64,000 nt of DNA from Felis catus (GCF_018350175.1 NC_058383.1:12154001-12218000); one strand, 5' to 3'; positions 35,852-48,221 are shown, counted from the first letter of the stretch. Numbers and translations are program-made. Notes: generated from the sequence alone by a model not told the origin.

Positions 35852-36078
35852 TTTTTTTTTTTTTAATTTTTTTTTCAACGTTTATTTATTTTTGGGACAG
35901 AGAGAGACAGAACATGAATGGGGGAGGGGCAGAGAGAGAGGGAGACACAGAATCAGAAACAGGCTCCAGGCTCTGAGCCATCAGCCCAGAGCCCGACGCG
36001 GGGCTCGAACTCACGGACCGCGAGATCGTGACCTGGCTGAAGTCGGACGCTTAACCGACTGCACCACCCAGGCGCCCC
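35852..36078 (-). mobile_element. Young felid SINE (SINEC_Fc)
   Basis: Near-consensus; only a short, offset TSD aaactctt. Confidence 0.96.
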
Positions 36079-36716
36079 AAGTATTGTATAAACTCTTAAA
36101 GGTTTACATTAATATCATTCAACTCCATTCTTTCTTTATTTTTATTATTATTATTATTAGCTTAGGAGTATCTTTTGCCAATTACTGCTGAGAGTTCAAG
36201 TGCTCAAACTCAGGCCACCGTGTTTCGTTTGTTTTTTGTTTTGTTCTGTGCCTTCGTTTTTGTTTGTTTGCTTATTGCCACAATCTTCACTTAAGAGGCC
36301 AACATTCATCCTTAAATGATGCAAGACATGTCTGACTCGGTTGAGTCCGATCCTCGTAGTTTGGGGGATTTGGGTGACACCTGTGCAAACTCTCAGCTGG
36401 GCGTCGGCCCTCTCTGGAAACCAGTTCCGGAGCTTTGGCACAAAGTGGGAACCAGCTGCCCCGGGCAGAAGCTGTCAAGGTGAAGGCTGCTTGAGCTCAG
36501 ATCCGGGCAGGGCCTGAGGGCCGTGACCCGCTAACTAGGTGCAACCTAGAAGAAGGAGAAGGAGAAGGTGCAGGCAGGGAAGGGGTCATGGGCCCCGCAG
36601 GGAAAGCAGCTCCTGCAGGAGATCGCAGCTCCCCATTCCCCAGGCGACCTTGGTGCCTTGTCAGGGCCCAGAATCGGTATCCAACTTTGGGAAGGAGACT
36701 CTCTAGAGGCAGCAGC

Positions 36717-36916
36717 AGGGAGAGCAGGGCAGGGATACGGGGGGGGGGGGGGGTAGGGGTGGACAGGGTAGCCTTGGGGGGCAGGGGTGTGGGGAGGGGA
36801 GGCAGGGCCAAAGAGGGCAGTGGGGGCAGGAACAGTGCCAGGGCGGGAAGCACTGGGCGGGTGGTGGGGGGCAATAATATCTAGGGGGCCAGAGTCACAG
36901 AGGGCAGCGTTGGGGG
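36717..36916 (+). other. G-rich tract with G-quadruplex potential
   Basis: More than 15 G3+ runs, including a G14 run, in about 200 bp. Confidence 0.6.
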
Positions 36917-37174
36917 GTAGTCTTAGCAAAGGCAGCCGTCGGGGGGAACAGTGCCAAGATAGGCACTGAGGTCCTGCTGGCCTGGGGACAAAGGCGTGGC
37001 TCTGGGAGAATGAGAGCCCAGCGTTTGTGCAGCTTTACCCCCACCCCACTCTTGGCATCGAGGGAAGTTTTTGCCAAACCCCGGAAAACAGGGGAACCGG
37101 ACGTCTTTACTTGGTTAAAAAATCTCGGCGTGTTTGTGGGTGGCCCATGCGTATGTCTGTATGTTGGCCACGGA

Positions 37175-37520
37175 GTAGGGCGGGGGAAGACGTGAACTTT
37201 CATACAGGCTCTGTGCACTTGAGAAACACACAGTCGAGGTTTCCCCGGAACTTCATTGCATGAATGAATTCCAGCTCATTCATTCATTCCAACGACGTTT
37301 GTGGCCAGGGACAGCTGAGACACAAGCACGGTAGGTATGTTCCCGTGAAGGGTAAGAAGCGCTCTGCAGGAAAATAAACCGGATAACAAGACACGGGGCG
37401 AGTGGGGGACATGGGACAGGCTCTGAGGAGCTCTGCTGGGGAGAGGGGGGAATCTGAAGCCTGCAGAGGAGGCGCCCAAGGAGGTGGGGAAGAGCAAGTC
37501 AGGCAGAGAGGAGCAGGTGC
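37175..37520. mobile_element. Tail-to-tail L2 fragments
   Basis: 'tgcatgaatgaa' (plus end) abuts 'tcattcattcattccaac' (minus end), followed by minus-strand L2-like body. Confidence 0.55.
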
Positions 37521-37932
37521 AAATACACAGCCATCTCGCCGGAGAGACGGGATGGGGCCGAAGCCAGAGCCAGGTGACCCACACTGGGCTCCAGCCCCCC
37601 AGGCGCCCTGACATCTCCCGCACCAGACTGGGCAACGGACCCGGCGTTTCGCCGTGAATGCGCCACTCCGGGCTCCCACCCCTCCAACTCTGACGCTCAG
37701 GCCTCTTTCAAAGCCCATGTAACAGAGAAAGACCCCACGTCTCCCCTCACATCGAGCTGAAGGCAATCTAGCCCCTACTGTGCCCATTTTGAGTGGCACG
37801 TATTTGCATATACGTGCGCGTGCGGACGTTCGTGAACACTCTATCACGTCTGTCCATTCTGGTGTTGATGTGTGTGTATTTTCATCTCTATCCTGTTTGG
37901 GGCTGAAAAAGAAAAACTTCAAGAACTGTTTC

Positions 37933-38065
37933 GGGGCGCCTGGGTGGCTCAGTCGGTTAAGCATCTCTCTGACTCTTAATAGTTTCAGCTCGGGTCATGA
38001 TCTCACGGGTCGTGAGTTCGAGCCCTGCGTCGGGCTCTGCGCTCACCGCACGGACCCTGCTTGAG

Positions 38066-38100
<35 letters not shown>

Positions 38101-38150
38101 CTCCCCTGCTCGTGCTCTCTTTCTCAAAATAAATAAAACTTCAAAAAAAA
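37933..38150 (+). mobile_element. Can-SINE
   Basis: Full body with long (CT)n. Confidence 0.93.
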
Positions 38151-39480
38151 AACTCAAAACTATGTTTCCATCCCCTCGTTTACAGAAAAGGGGATTCCGT
38201 CCGACACTTGTTTAAGATCACAGAGCTGGGATTTGAACCTGACAAAACACCTGTATTTGATCCCTCGGGGGGCCCCTAGAGGACGGGGAACACTTATGTT
38301 TACAAGATGAGCGTGTTTATTGCAGGCTCTTGAGACTGCGACAGACTCCCTCTAAAGAGGGAACCCCACTTGAAGCCTTTTTTTCGCTCCTCTCCACGTT
38401 CACACCTGCCACCCCAGCACTTATGTCCCCACTCTGGTTTGTACATCTTTGTAGCCCCCACAGTACTTAGAAATGGAAGTTGCTCGATCAATGTTTGTAA
38501 ATGAGTGAACGGTTGAGTGGGGCACGAATAATGGGTCTTTGCAGGGAGGTCTGGGGGGAATAAAGATTTACCTAACAATTCATGTTGCTCTCGACATGCC
38601 ACGCATTCTTTCCCTTGCCCAGGAGGCCAATAGCACAGATACGTGCCTTGCCATGAAAAATTCACAACCGCGCATTAGTCCGATACCCTGGTGACACTGC
38701 TCGCAAACGGGAAAGCCAAGGTCACAGCAAAAGCTGTCGTAAATCACGTGTGTCTGGAACAGAGCATCTTCCTGTTGGGAAATCTGACCCATTCAGCGCG
38801 TTTTCCCCGGGACAGAGGCTACCAACCCCACCTCCTGCTTCAAGAAAGGAACTGCCAGCCAGCCTGCAGCACTGGCCACCGGCACATCAATCCCCTGTCC
38901 CCACAGTAGCTCAAAGGGAAGTTTGTCTTCGGCCTGGTGCATCAGGCGACTGCGCAAGAAGGTAGGGGAGGCTTTGAAACGCATCTCCCAAACTGTTCCC
39001 CCATGATGTTCCTAGGTGTTTGGTTCGTAAAAGCATTTCATGGTCGCATAATTGGGGGAAGCCAAGTATACTAGACCTTATTCTCCAGAGGCTCTGCAAG
39101 GTAGCTGTGAAACCACCCCTCCCCCGCCCCGCCACCCCTTCCTTTCCCTGGCGAGGGGTGGGGGACCTGTTTATCGTGCTTAACCCGGGAGCTCCCGGGA
39201 TTTGTTCGACAATGGAACCTTCCTTACCCTTTATACCAGGCAGTAACATCTCTGTGGAACTTCCTGCTGTACGGTTATAGCTACTAGTAACTATAGAGGC
39301 TCTTCCAAGGCCCTTAGGCTGACTTCCCCGCCCCCTCCTCTGAGTCATCAAGGGACAGCAGGTGCACAGGAGGACACAAGCGGTATGGCAGAACAGGGAT
39401 TCAGATTTGCCTGCCAACAGGCCCCGGCCTTCTCATCCACGAGTGTCCTCGTGCCTGCCCGGTGCCCCAATCCTGTGGGC

Positions 39481-40091
39481 TGTCGAATAAAATCGAATCC
39501 GGACTTAGGAGACAGAGACTGTTATTCAAAAGGATTATCCATTGCAATACACTCTCTGATCACAAAATCTACAAAGCCACCCAGGGTTAGGCAGGAAGGG
39601 GTTTTCTTTTCAAGCTAAGAAAGGGGAAGGGAGATGAAGAGACCGCACGACTGGATAGTGAGTTAGAGAATGTCATCTAACCTGAGGCCAGCCTATTCTC
39701 GAAGGGGCCCCACGGCTCCCTCTGGAGGGGGTGGGCCAGAGGTCAGGGCCGTGGGCGGAAAAAGAGAGGCTTACTTACCCCCAGTTTGGGTGACAAGTAT
39801 TTTGTGCCAATCCAGCAGGTGGGGACTAAACAGTTCAGCTAATCACTCCTGAGGCAAGGAATGGGAATCTGGAAGGTCTGTGTCTGGGTAAACAAAGCAG
39901 GCATCTGTGAGTCCTTCTCTAAGGCGTATGGACAAGGGTGGGTCTCTGCAGTGAGCCATTTTCCAGAACACAAAGGGGCAAAGAGGGTGACTTTAACCTT
40001 CTCTATATGGGGGAGTGGGAGCCATAGAGCTTCCGGGAGAGTTGGGGATCTAAAAGCACACGGCACGAATGTGGTCACAAAAGGGGTGACA
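39481..40091 (-). mobile_element. ERV1-class solo LTR (MER67/MER90-like; family uncertain)
   Basis: TG...CA ends; 'aaaatcgaatccggacttagg...gactgttattcaaaaggattat', 'acagttcagctaatca', 'gagccattttccagaacacaaagg'. Confidence 0.6.
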
Positions 40092-40299
40092 GAATCCTGG
40101 TGGCCTAGACAATACTGATTCTTTCTCCTGAGTAACAGGACCCCAGTATATCCGCTTGGCTTTCAGCGAGGCCTGGCTAAGCTCTGATCACTAAAAGCAC
40201 ATAGAAACCACCGAGCAGGATACCCAGGGGTGTCGCTAAGATCAGGACAGACCGTGGGGGGTCCATGTTGGTTCATCTGCTTTCCTTCCTGCCTCAGCC

Positions 40300-40565
40300 C
40301 GGGGGTGGCTGGATCTCCAGATGCTTCCTGGGGTCTTGAGGTGATTTTGAAGATAGAAATCATGCCCTAAGGATGGTAGGAAAGAAGCAAAGAAGGAACC
40401 CAGGTTCCCGGAGGTGTGATAAGCTCCCGGCTACCCCAAGACTGTCTACTTTCTTGCTTCCATTTCTTGGGGGGAGAAAAAGGAAGGAACAGATTCCTTT
40501 GTTATGAAGCCATTGTTGCTTCCATATTGGAAGCCATTGTTGCTTCCATATTGGATCACCCCAAT
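40300..40565 (+). mobile_element. MLT1 (J/K-like) LTR 3' half
   Basis: 'ctaaggatggtagg...gaaggaacccaggttccc...gactgtctacttt...tgttatgaagccattgtt'. Confidence 0.7.
40506..40553. repeat. Perfect 24-bp tandem duplication
   Basis: gaagccattgttgcttccatattg twice. Confidence 0.97.
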
Positions 40566-41259
40566 GAAGCTTTTGATGCCAGAAATGGGGAAACAGAGAA
40601 GGTTCAGATGAGCCATACTAAGATACTTTCACTTTTATCCTCTGAGAGATCTCTCTCTCTGCACCCCCAGGCCATGCATACACACACAAACTATTCTAAA
40701 AGTCAAATTCTACCAAGAGCCCTCCCTACAGACCTGAGGGGTGGCCCACAGGGCTCAGGCAGGGCTAAATGCTATGACGCCCTCCAAACTCCTGTTCCTT
40801 TGAGGTCCAGATATGGTATGATGGCTACAGGGGTGAGCCACACGGTCCCAAGGGTTTTGTCTTGCTGATGTTACCAAGGACCAAGCTCTCAGGATCCACT
40901 GCTCATGGCCACTGCTGCTCTTTGGGGAAAACAAGGAGAAATTTCAGGTAGAGAGAAGGCACTTAACTGGAATTTCCTCATTCAAGGGAATTTTGGAGGC
41001 TCCCTCCAAAGGAGCCTCAAAATGACACAAGCAGGTATTTTCCCCCAGACCTCGGCTTAAATACCCCCACACACCCAGGTTGGGCATTGGTTGGCTGTGA
41101 CCCATGTCCCAACTCCAAGTTCGCATAACAGCATCCGATGGGAGAGCAGAGCTCTGAGAAATGATAGCTTCCAGGCATGATTGGCAGACCTGGGTTTTGG
41201 CCGATTTGGGCATTAACCCCTTCTGTGACCTTGAGCAACACATCTACTCCTGAACTCCT

Positions 41260-41328
41260 GTTTTGTTTGTTTGTTTGTTTTGTTTTGCTTTGTTTTTTTG
41301 TTTTCTGTTTTTTTGGGTTTTTTCTTTT
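41260..41328. repeat. (GTTT)n-like low-complexity tract
   Basis: T-rich degenerate repeat. Confidence 0.85.
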
Positions 41329-41332
41329 GGTA

Positions 41333-41762
41333 GGTATTAGAGCCCTATCGCTGCTGTAACAAATTACCACAACGTACTGGCTTAAAACAACGCAAATGTA
41401 TTCTCTTACAGTTCCAGAGCTCAGATGTCGAAATGGATTGGTAAGGCAGCGTTCTTTCAGAGGTTCTAGGAGACAATCTGCTTCCTTCTCTGTCTTCGGC
41501 CGACGGCCCCTTTCTCCATCTTCAAAAACAATAGCACGGCATCTTCAGGCTCTCTGATTCTGACTCTCCGCCTCCCTCTTGTAAGGACGATCGTGATTAC
41601 GTCAGACCCTCCTAAATAATTCCGGATAATCTCCCACCTCCAAATGGCCAACTCAAATCATACCAACAGGTTCCTTTTGCCATGCGTAGAAACATATCCA
41701 CAGGTTCCGGGGATTAGGACATGCACGTCCTGGGATCAAAACCACTCTTTTGCCCAATACGA
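41333..41762 (-). mobile_element. MLT1C/D-like MaLR solo LTR
   Basis: 'gctgctgtaacaaattaccacaa...ggcttaaaacaac...ggataatctccc...cacaggttccggggattaggaca'. Confidence 0.9.
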
Positions 41763-42691
41763 TATGAAATCCTGAAGGTTCTGAGAGAAACACCACAAAG
41801 TCCCTTCCATTCATTTGCACCTTATTCACGATTGTCACTTCTCCTCTGTGTGGTTCAGATTCATCCGGTCTTTAAAAGCTGTTCTTGTACCGCACTTCTG
41901 GCCCTCCTGTCCAGACAGACCGGAGATGCCTTGACGAACGTATGTATCTATCCGATGCTTTGGGAACTACTTGAGGAGCACCTGCTGAGTTGGAGACACT
42001 CCGCCAAGCCCTGTGGATACGCAAAGGTAACTGAGGCATGGTCTCAGCCCCCAAGTAGATTTCGGCAGAGAAATTGCAAAAAATTGGGAGCGCTGCCCCC
42101 TGAGTCACGGTCCGCTGACTTACGGGCCTCTCAGGCAAGCACGAATGGAGGCTGTGCTTCCTTCCAGCGCCACACCTACAACTTGGGGTATGTGTCTGGC
42201 GTTCTCAACAGGCGTTTGAGACAAAACAATTGTTTTCCTGGACTCTACAGAGAATTGCGGATCATTTGGCATCTGTGGCCTCCCGTAAGAAATGTCAGTG
42301 ATGCCCCCCCCCCCAACCCGGTCATTGTGACTCACACACAGGTGGGCCCATTCGTACGTTGCCAAACGCACGCTTGTGGTTGGGGCTGCTTCCGGTTGCG
42401 AGGCACAGGGTGGAAGGTCGTGGAAGAAAAAACAGGCCTTCCATCTAATTCTTAGATTTTAGCCTAATTCTAGCAGTCTCATTTCCCAGTGCGCTAACGT
42501 GCCCAAGGAGCACATTCAAGTTATTCCTTTTCGGATGAAATATTCATTGTTGAGCCCACAATGGCAATCGCGGCCATCTTATCACTCTTCTGTGGTCGGA
42601 GCCTGGGAGTTAACCATGTTCTTGCAAATTCCACTCACCGCTGGAGACCAAAGGCCACAGGGATCTCTTAGCAGCAAGGTATACCACAGAG

Positions 42692-42918
42692 TCTTTCTTT
42701 TTTTTTTTAAGTTTATTTTTTTGTTTTGAGAGAAAAAGGAGAGAGAGAGAGAGAACACAGGAGGGACAGAGAGAAAGGAAAAGAGAGAGAAGCCCAAGCA
42801 GGTTCCGCGCCTTCGGCAAGGAGCCCAGTGCGGGGCTCGAACTCATAAACCGGGAGATGGCGACCTGAGCTGAAACCAAGAGTTGGACGCTTAACGGACT
42901 GAGCCACCCAGGCGCCCC
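42692..42918 (-). mobile_element. Can-SINE
   Basis: Full body; degenerate TSD ggta...agtctt. Confidence 0.93.
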
Positions 42919-43729
42919 GGTACACGACAAAGTCTTACTGGGGACGGACGACCAGGGAAAGAGCTGACCGCCATGATTAACTTGGTCTACCAAGCATGAA
43001 TTAAAATGTTCGACAGGACAAGCTCTACTTTTCAACGATATCAGTTCCTTCTTATTTTGGGCGGGGGGGACCAAACGTAAATGTTACTTCCAAAATTTCT
43101 GGGTCGGGGCGGGGGTGTTTGTTTTAGTCTCTCTCCGAGGGCCGAAGGTTAACCCTGAGAACCAGAGATGATGCCTTCGGAAGGCCTGACGCCGCCATGA
43201 GCAATGTCTCCATGTCACTGGCAAGGCCTCCTCCTTTCCTGCACCCAGTCTGCTGTTGGCCTCCATCCTCTTCCCTTTCTTCAAACCCTTCACCCGGCTT
43301 CTATCACGCATCTTTTAGCTTCATACTCAGGAAACAGCCTTAAGGGTATAGTGTACTTCCAAAGAGAGAGTTAGGAGCACCAATTCGGCCCCTTTGGCTG
43401 TCTCCCTCTTAGTTTCCTGGTCTTCAGTTAACAGGCTTTCTTTCTCCCCGATGCCTGCCCACGACCCGCCACAGGGTATGGCTTTCCCTTCCTACTTCCT
43501 CCTTCCTCCTCCTCTTCTCTGGGGGAGCCAAGGCTCCCCCCCTCCCCCGCTGACTTCCCCAGCCCTTGCTCAAGGCCCTCATCTTCCGACTCTGCACCCT
43601 GTCACTTAGCTCCGATAGGACGCCTTCACGTCTGGCTCTTCCCCACTGTTTTCAAATGCCCACTGCGACTCCGTTCATCAGCAAACCACCCGCCTCCCCA
43701 TCTGCTTGACTTTGGGGCATGGCTCTGCT

Positions 43730-44110
43730 TTCTTTCGTGTACAGGTGAATATATGGACGCATTTCCGCCGGGTATATACTGAGGCACGGAAGGTCTGAAT
43801 GGCTAAGTGCGCGTATATCCGGCATCAGATCAGTAAACCCTGGCAAACAGACACCCAACATGCTTCAACCAATGTACATCCCCCCGCCAGCAAAGTATGG
43901 GATTTTGTAGTTGCTTCTACATTTTCGCCTTTCCGGGGGATGTGTGGTAAAATCACATGATGGTGCTAATTTGCATTTCTCTGCTTACCGATCAGTGGGA
44001 GCGCCTTTTTCATCTGTTTGCTGGCCCCTTGGATGAAGGGGCCTTTTACAAAGTTCCAGATGAAGTCTCTATTTGTCCTCTGAACCGTCTTTTTCTTATT
44101 ATTCTGGAGG
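43730..44110 (-). mobile_element. Old L1M ORF2 3' fragment
   Basis: 'gggtatatactgagg', 'accaatgtacatcccccgccagca', 'taatttgcatttctctg', 'ttttcatctgtttgctggcc'. Confidence 0.8.
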
Positions 44111-44349
44111 AGTCCGTGTGACCTGGAGCCATCGGATGGTGATATCGCTGGGACCTTGGGGGTGGGGGGAGAGTCCCTCCCTGCCCACATGGCTCCCCGT
44201 CCCCAGCCACCAGCCAGAAGCGGAGGATGCATTAAAGCCATGGTGCAAGCCAAGGTTCCCTGGGACTGGGTTCCATCTGCTCTAGAAGCAGTGCTCCAAG
44301 ACTGCCCTCTGCTTCCAGGGAGCTGTCCTTCAGAAAGTCAGCCCCCTGC

Positions 44350-44563
44350 CGTGGTTGAGCACAGGTCCCTGGGCTCCACCTCTGACGCTCCCGCTCCTGA
44401 CCTGTATGACTGATTTAACCCTCCATGCGCCGCGTCCTAAGTCTGCAGAATGAGGACAGTAGTGTACCCACCTCGTATCGTGACTAAATGAATTATCTCA
44501 TAGAACACCTTGAGAGCGGCGTTTGCCGCCCAGGACCCCCTCCATACACGCTATCTGTTGTTA
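44350..44563 (+). mobile_element. MIR
   Basis: 'gatttaaccctcc...ctgcagaatgaggacagtagtgtacccacctc...gactaaatga'. Confidence 0.7.
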
Positions 44564-44966
44564 TTCACCGACCTCACTGAGGGCACAGTTGTGACCTATT
44601 TGCTTCCCTTGATTAAATGCATTGCGAGAAAGTCCGAAAGCATCACGTTCTAGGAGCATCCTCGCTGCCGGTCTCTCTCTAGGTAAGTCACTTAGGGGCG
44701 GGTCTGTGGGCTTTGGTTTTCCCGGGGGTGAAACAACGGCGTTGACCCAAATCATCATCCCAACAACCCCGGTGGCTTCAAACTTTCCCTGGACGCTCCT
44801 TTTTATCATCGCAACCAGGGATGGAAGAGAAAAGGCTAAGGCGTCGCACGAACGCTCCACCCGGCTCCCTTCACGAAAGATCCTGAACCTGTTGTGTTCT
44901 CTCAGGCACGCAGGCCATAGGTAGGTCACAAGAAAGGGAATGGAAGGTGCCAGAAGAATCAGGCAT

Positions 44967-44968
<2 letters not shown>

Positions 44969-45003
<35 letters not shown>
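44969..45003. repeat. (CA)n microsatellite
   Basis: Pure CA run. Confidence 0.98.
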
Positions 45004-45005
<2 letters not shown>

Positions 45006-45282
45006 CTACGTGAGCTCTGCCTCCTTCAACGTTAGCTCTATAAATGGCGGAACTGGGTCTGGTTTGTGAGCCCAGCTCATCCCGGGGGCCTGGCCCGGGG
45101 CCTGGCATAACGTAGAGGCATGAGCACCAGCAAGGGAGGGGGCACGCTGACCTTCACAGAAGTTTGCAAAGCTGTGTCACCCTGCGGGGCTGACATCCTC
45201 CCGAGGGTAGGTGGGGCTCCTTGAAACTCATTTTATAGGCCCACCCTGCAGGTCCTGAGGCCTGTTGCTTTCAGGGACGGTC

Positions 45283-45313
45283 TTTTTTTTTTTTTTAAGT
45301 TTATTTATTTATT

Positions 45314-45352
<39 letters not shown>

Positions 45353-45517
45353 GAGAGGGACAGAGAGAGAGAGAGAGGGAGAGAGAGCGAATCCCGAGCA
45401 GGCTCCGCACCGTCAGCACGGAGCCCAACGTGGGGCTTGAACTCACAAACCTTGAGATCACGACCTTAACTGCCACCAAGAGTCGGAGGCTGAACGGCCC
45501 GAGCCACCCAGGCGCCC
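45283..45517 (-). mobile_element. Can-SINE
   Basis: TSD agggac(g/a)gtct. Confidence 0.93.
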
Positions 45518-46026
45518 CTCGAGGGACAGTCTGAACCAGCCTCTACGCAGCACGGCAGAGCAGAAAGAATACCAGACGGGGACCCAGGAGACCCGGTTTC
45601 TAGCCTTCATCCCACGATTTACTCTCTGGGGGTCCTTGCCCTTCTAGATCTCACACAAGCCCTCTGTAAAATTCTGATATTGCCCCCTCCCCCTTAGGTT
45701 AGGGCCTGACAATGGAAAGAAGGATGCCGAAGTATTAACAGTGTGCATCTCTTCACGATAAAAATTCCAGGGAACGTTTTAATCATTCCTTTGTCCTCAA
45801 AATGTCTAACAATGGAAAACGGTTTTCATCATAAGAAGAAACAATGCATGCTATTAAAATGTCAGCTAATTCCAGGTCCCGTGTTTTTTTTAGGTTTAGA
45901 ATAAGAATAATGATAATGGCTATCACTTCGAAGCACTCCCTCCCCTTCATTTCTAGATTTAAGCACACATTCCCTAGGGAAGGGACTAGATTAGCATTCC
46001 CCTTGTTCTAAAATTGTATGCTTCCA

Positions 46027-46231
46027 GGGCGCCCGGGTGGCTCAGTCGGTTGAGCGGCCGACTTCGGCTCAGGTCATGAGCTCACGGCTCGTGGGTTCAA
46101 GCCCTGCCTCAGGCTCTGTGCTGATGGCTCAGAGCCTAGAACCTGTTTCAGGTTCTGTGTCTCCCTCTCTCTGCCCCTCCCCTGCTCATGCTCTGTCTCT
46201 CTCTCTCTCAAAACTAAACTTTTTTTTTAAA
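46027..46231 (+). mobile_element. Can-SINE
   Basis: Full body. Confidence 0.93.
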
Positions 46232-46257
46232 TTTGGATTTTATGTGTCCCTACCCCT

Positions 46258-46488
46258 GGGGCGCCTGGGTGGCGCAGTCGGTTAAGCGTCCGACTTCAGC
46301 TCAGGTCACGATCTCGCGGTCCGTGAGTTCGAGCCCCGCTTCGGGCTCTGGGCTGATGGCTCAGAGCCTGGAGCCTGTTTCCGATTCTGTGTCTCCCTCT
46401 CTCTCTGCCCCTCGCCCGTTCATGCTCTGTCTCTCTCTGTCCCAAAAATAAATAAACGTTGAAAAAAAAAATTAAAAAAAAAAAAAAA
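46258..46488 (+). mobile_element. Young felid SINE (SINEC_Fc), no visible TSD
   Basis: Near-consensus with long A tail; flanks do not match. Confidence 0.96.
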
Positions 46489-46844
46489 GCGAAGAAAACC
46501 TCTCCGAGGAGGGAGGAAGCCCCCTTTCTCCCTCTGCCCCTCTCTTTGGCTGTCTCTGTCTGTCCCTCCCGCTGGCAGTCACAAAGTGAGAGTTGGCTTT
46601 CAGTCAGTCTGATAATGAACAGCCGGTCCCTGTTGGCAATCACCAAGTTCTTAGTGGGGACTTCTAAAATAGCAAATGACAGCAAACAGTCCTCTTCTGC
46701 CTGGAGTCCTCCATTAACCAGACTCCAGAAGTAACTAACACCAGCCGTTCGGATCCTTTCTTCGTCGAATAAGGACAAAACAATCTTCAAAAGAAAAATT
46801 AACCTTTCGTGATATCTGGGTTTCCCCTTTCTTGTCCTGGTTTG

Positions 46845-47070
46845 TTTTCCTTTTCTTTTCTTCTTAATGTTTATTTATTTTTGAGAGAGAGAGAGAGAGA
46901 GAGCATGAGCGGGACAGGGGCAGAAAGAGAGGGAGACACAGACTCTGAAGCAGGCTCCAGGCTCTGAGCTGTCATCACGGAGCCCAACACGGGGCTCGAA
47001 CCCACAAACCGCGCGATCATGACCTGAGCAGAAGTCGGACGCTTAACCGTCGGAGTCACCCCGGTGCCCC
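46845..47070 (-). mobile_element. Can-SINE
   Basis: Full body, tandem with the next SINE. Confidence 0.93.
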
Positions 47071-47288
47071 TTTTTTAACTGTTTTCATGTTTATATATAT
47101 TTGAGAGAAAGAGAGACAGAGCACGAGCTGGGGAGGTGCAGAGAGAGAGGGAGACACAGAATCCGAAGCAGGCTCCGGGCTCCGAGCCGTCAGCACAGAG
47201 CCCAAGGCGGGGTTCGAACCCATGAACTGTGAGCTCATGACCTGAGCTGAAGTTGGACGCTTAACCCACTGAGTCACATAGGCGCCCC
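47071..47288 (-). mobile_element. Can-SINE
   Basis: Full body, followed by a poly(T)-gagagag remnant of a third tail. Confidence 0.93.
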
Positions 47289-47554
47289 TCTTTTTTTTTT
47301 TTTTTTTTTTTTTGAGAGAGCAGGCCCACAGCTCTTGGTGAACACCATGTTGATCTCAAGAGCTTCCAAGGAGGGAAGGAACTGGGGCAGAAGCAGAGCT
47401 CTGACCAGGGCTCGGCAGAAATGGTATTGGTTAGACTGGTAAGCTTAACCTCAAGGCCATTCCTCTCTCTGGAAAACAATAAGGCCCATCAGAAAACAAT
47501 ACCAGACGCTGGCGTTAGCTAAAGGGTATAGGCCAAATCTACAAGGACAGAGAG

Positions 47555-48221
47555 AAATACCGAGTACCCCGCGGTGAGTATTTGGGGCCATGGTGGGGTT
47601 CGGAGCTGACAGCCAAGAGAGAATTCTCGAAGACGTCTTTGGTGCAGAAAGGTGAGGCTATTAAAGCACAGGGACAGGACCCGTGGGCGGAAAGAGCTAC
47701 CCTGGGGTTGTGCAGACTGACTGGTTATATCCTATAACCAGGGAGGTAAAATACAGGATCTTCCATATGCTAAGGGCTCACAGATGACTGGAGGCCTAGC
47801 GGTGGTCTAGCCAAGGTTGTTTTTTCCCTCCTCCGGCAAAGCCATTAACATTAAGACAGTAGGGATTTCTCGGAGAAACTACCCTGCCAGCCCCAAGTAT
47901 TTGCCAATGGGCTGCAGGTTACAAAGAACTTCAATTTTATCTGCCATTTCCCCTGGCCTTTGTTCCCCACATCACTATGGAAGGGAGGGTGATGTTGGGG
48001 CTCCAGGAAATTGAGTCGACAGGTTTCTGGAGATGAGACGACAGATAGGACTGCCTTTTTCTTGTAATTTACTAAGGTATTTGTAAACCGATGGAGACTG
48101 GAGCAGTTTAACCATTTGTTTTTGGTCCTGTGTGCTGGAGGAAGGTCACACACGTCCCTCCTGGGGAGGGGGTGGTGCTAGCTTGTGCTCCGCCCCGAAC
48201 TTGCCTTGCGGTCCCTCATCA
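47555..48221 (-). mobile_element. Carnivore ERV1-class solo LTR (CarLTR-like)
   Basis: 'gagtatttggggcca...gacgtctttggtgca...attaaagcacagggacaggacccgtgggc' to 'gctagcttgtgct...ttgcctt..gtccctcatca' (reads TGATG.. at the minus-strand start). Confidence 0.75.

Noticed and set aside
37284..37964. 226-aa ORF
   Set aside because: Begins in a SINE and ends in L2; chance ORF in GC-rich DNA.
41721..42455. 244-aa ORF
   Set aside because: Starts in an MLT1 LTR and crosses L2-like sequence; no protein-like features.
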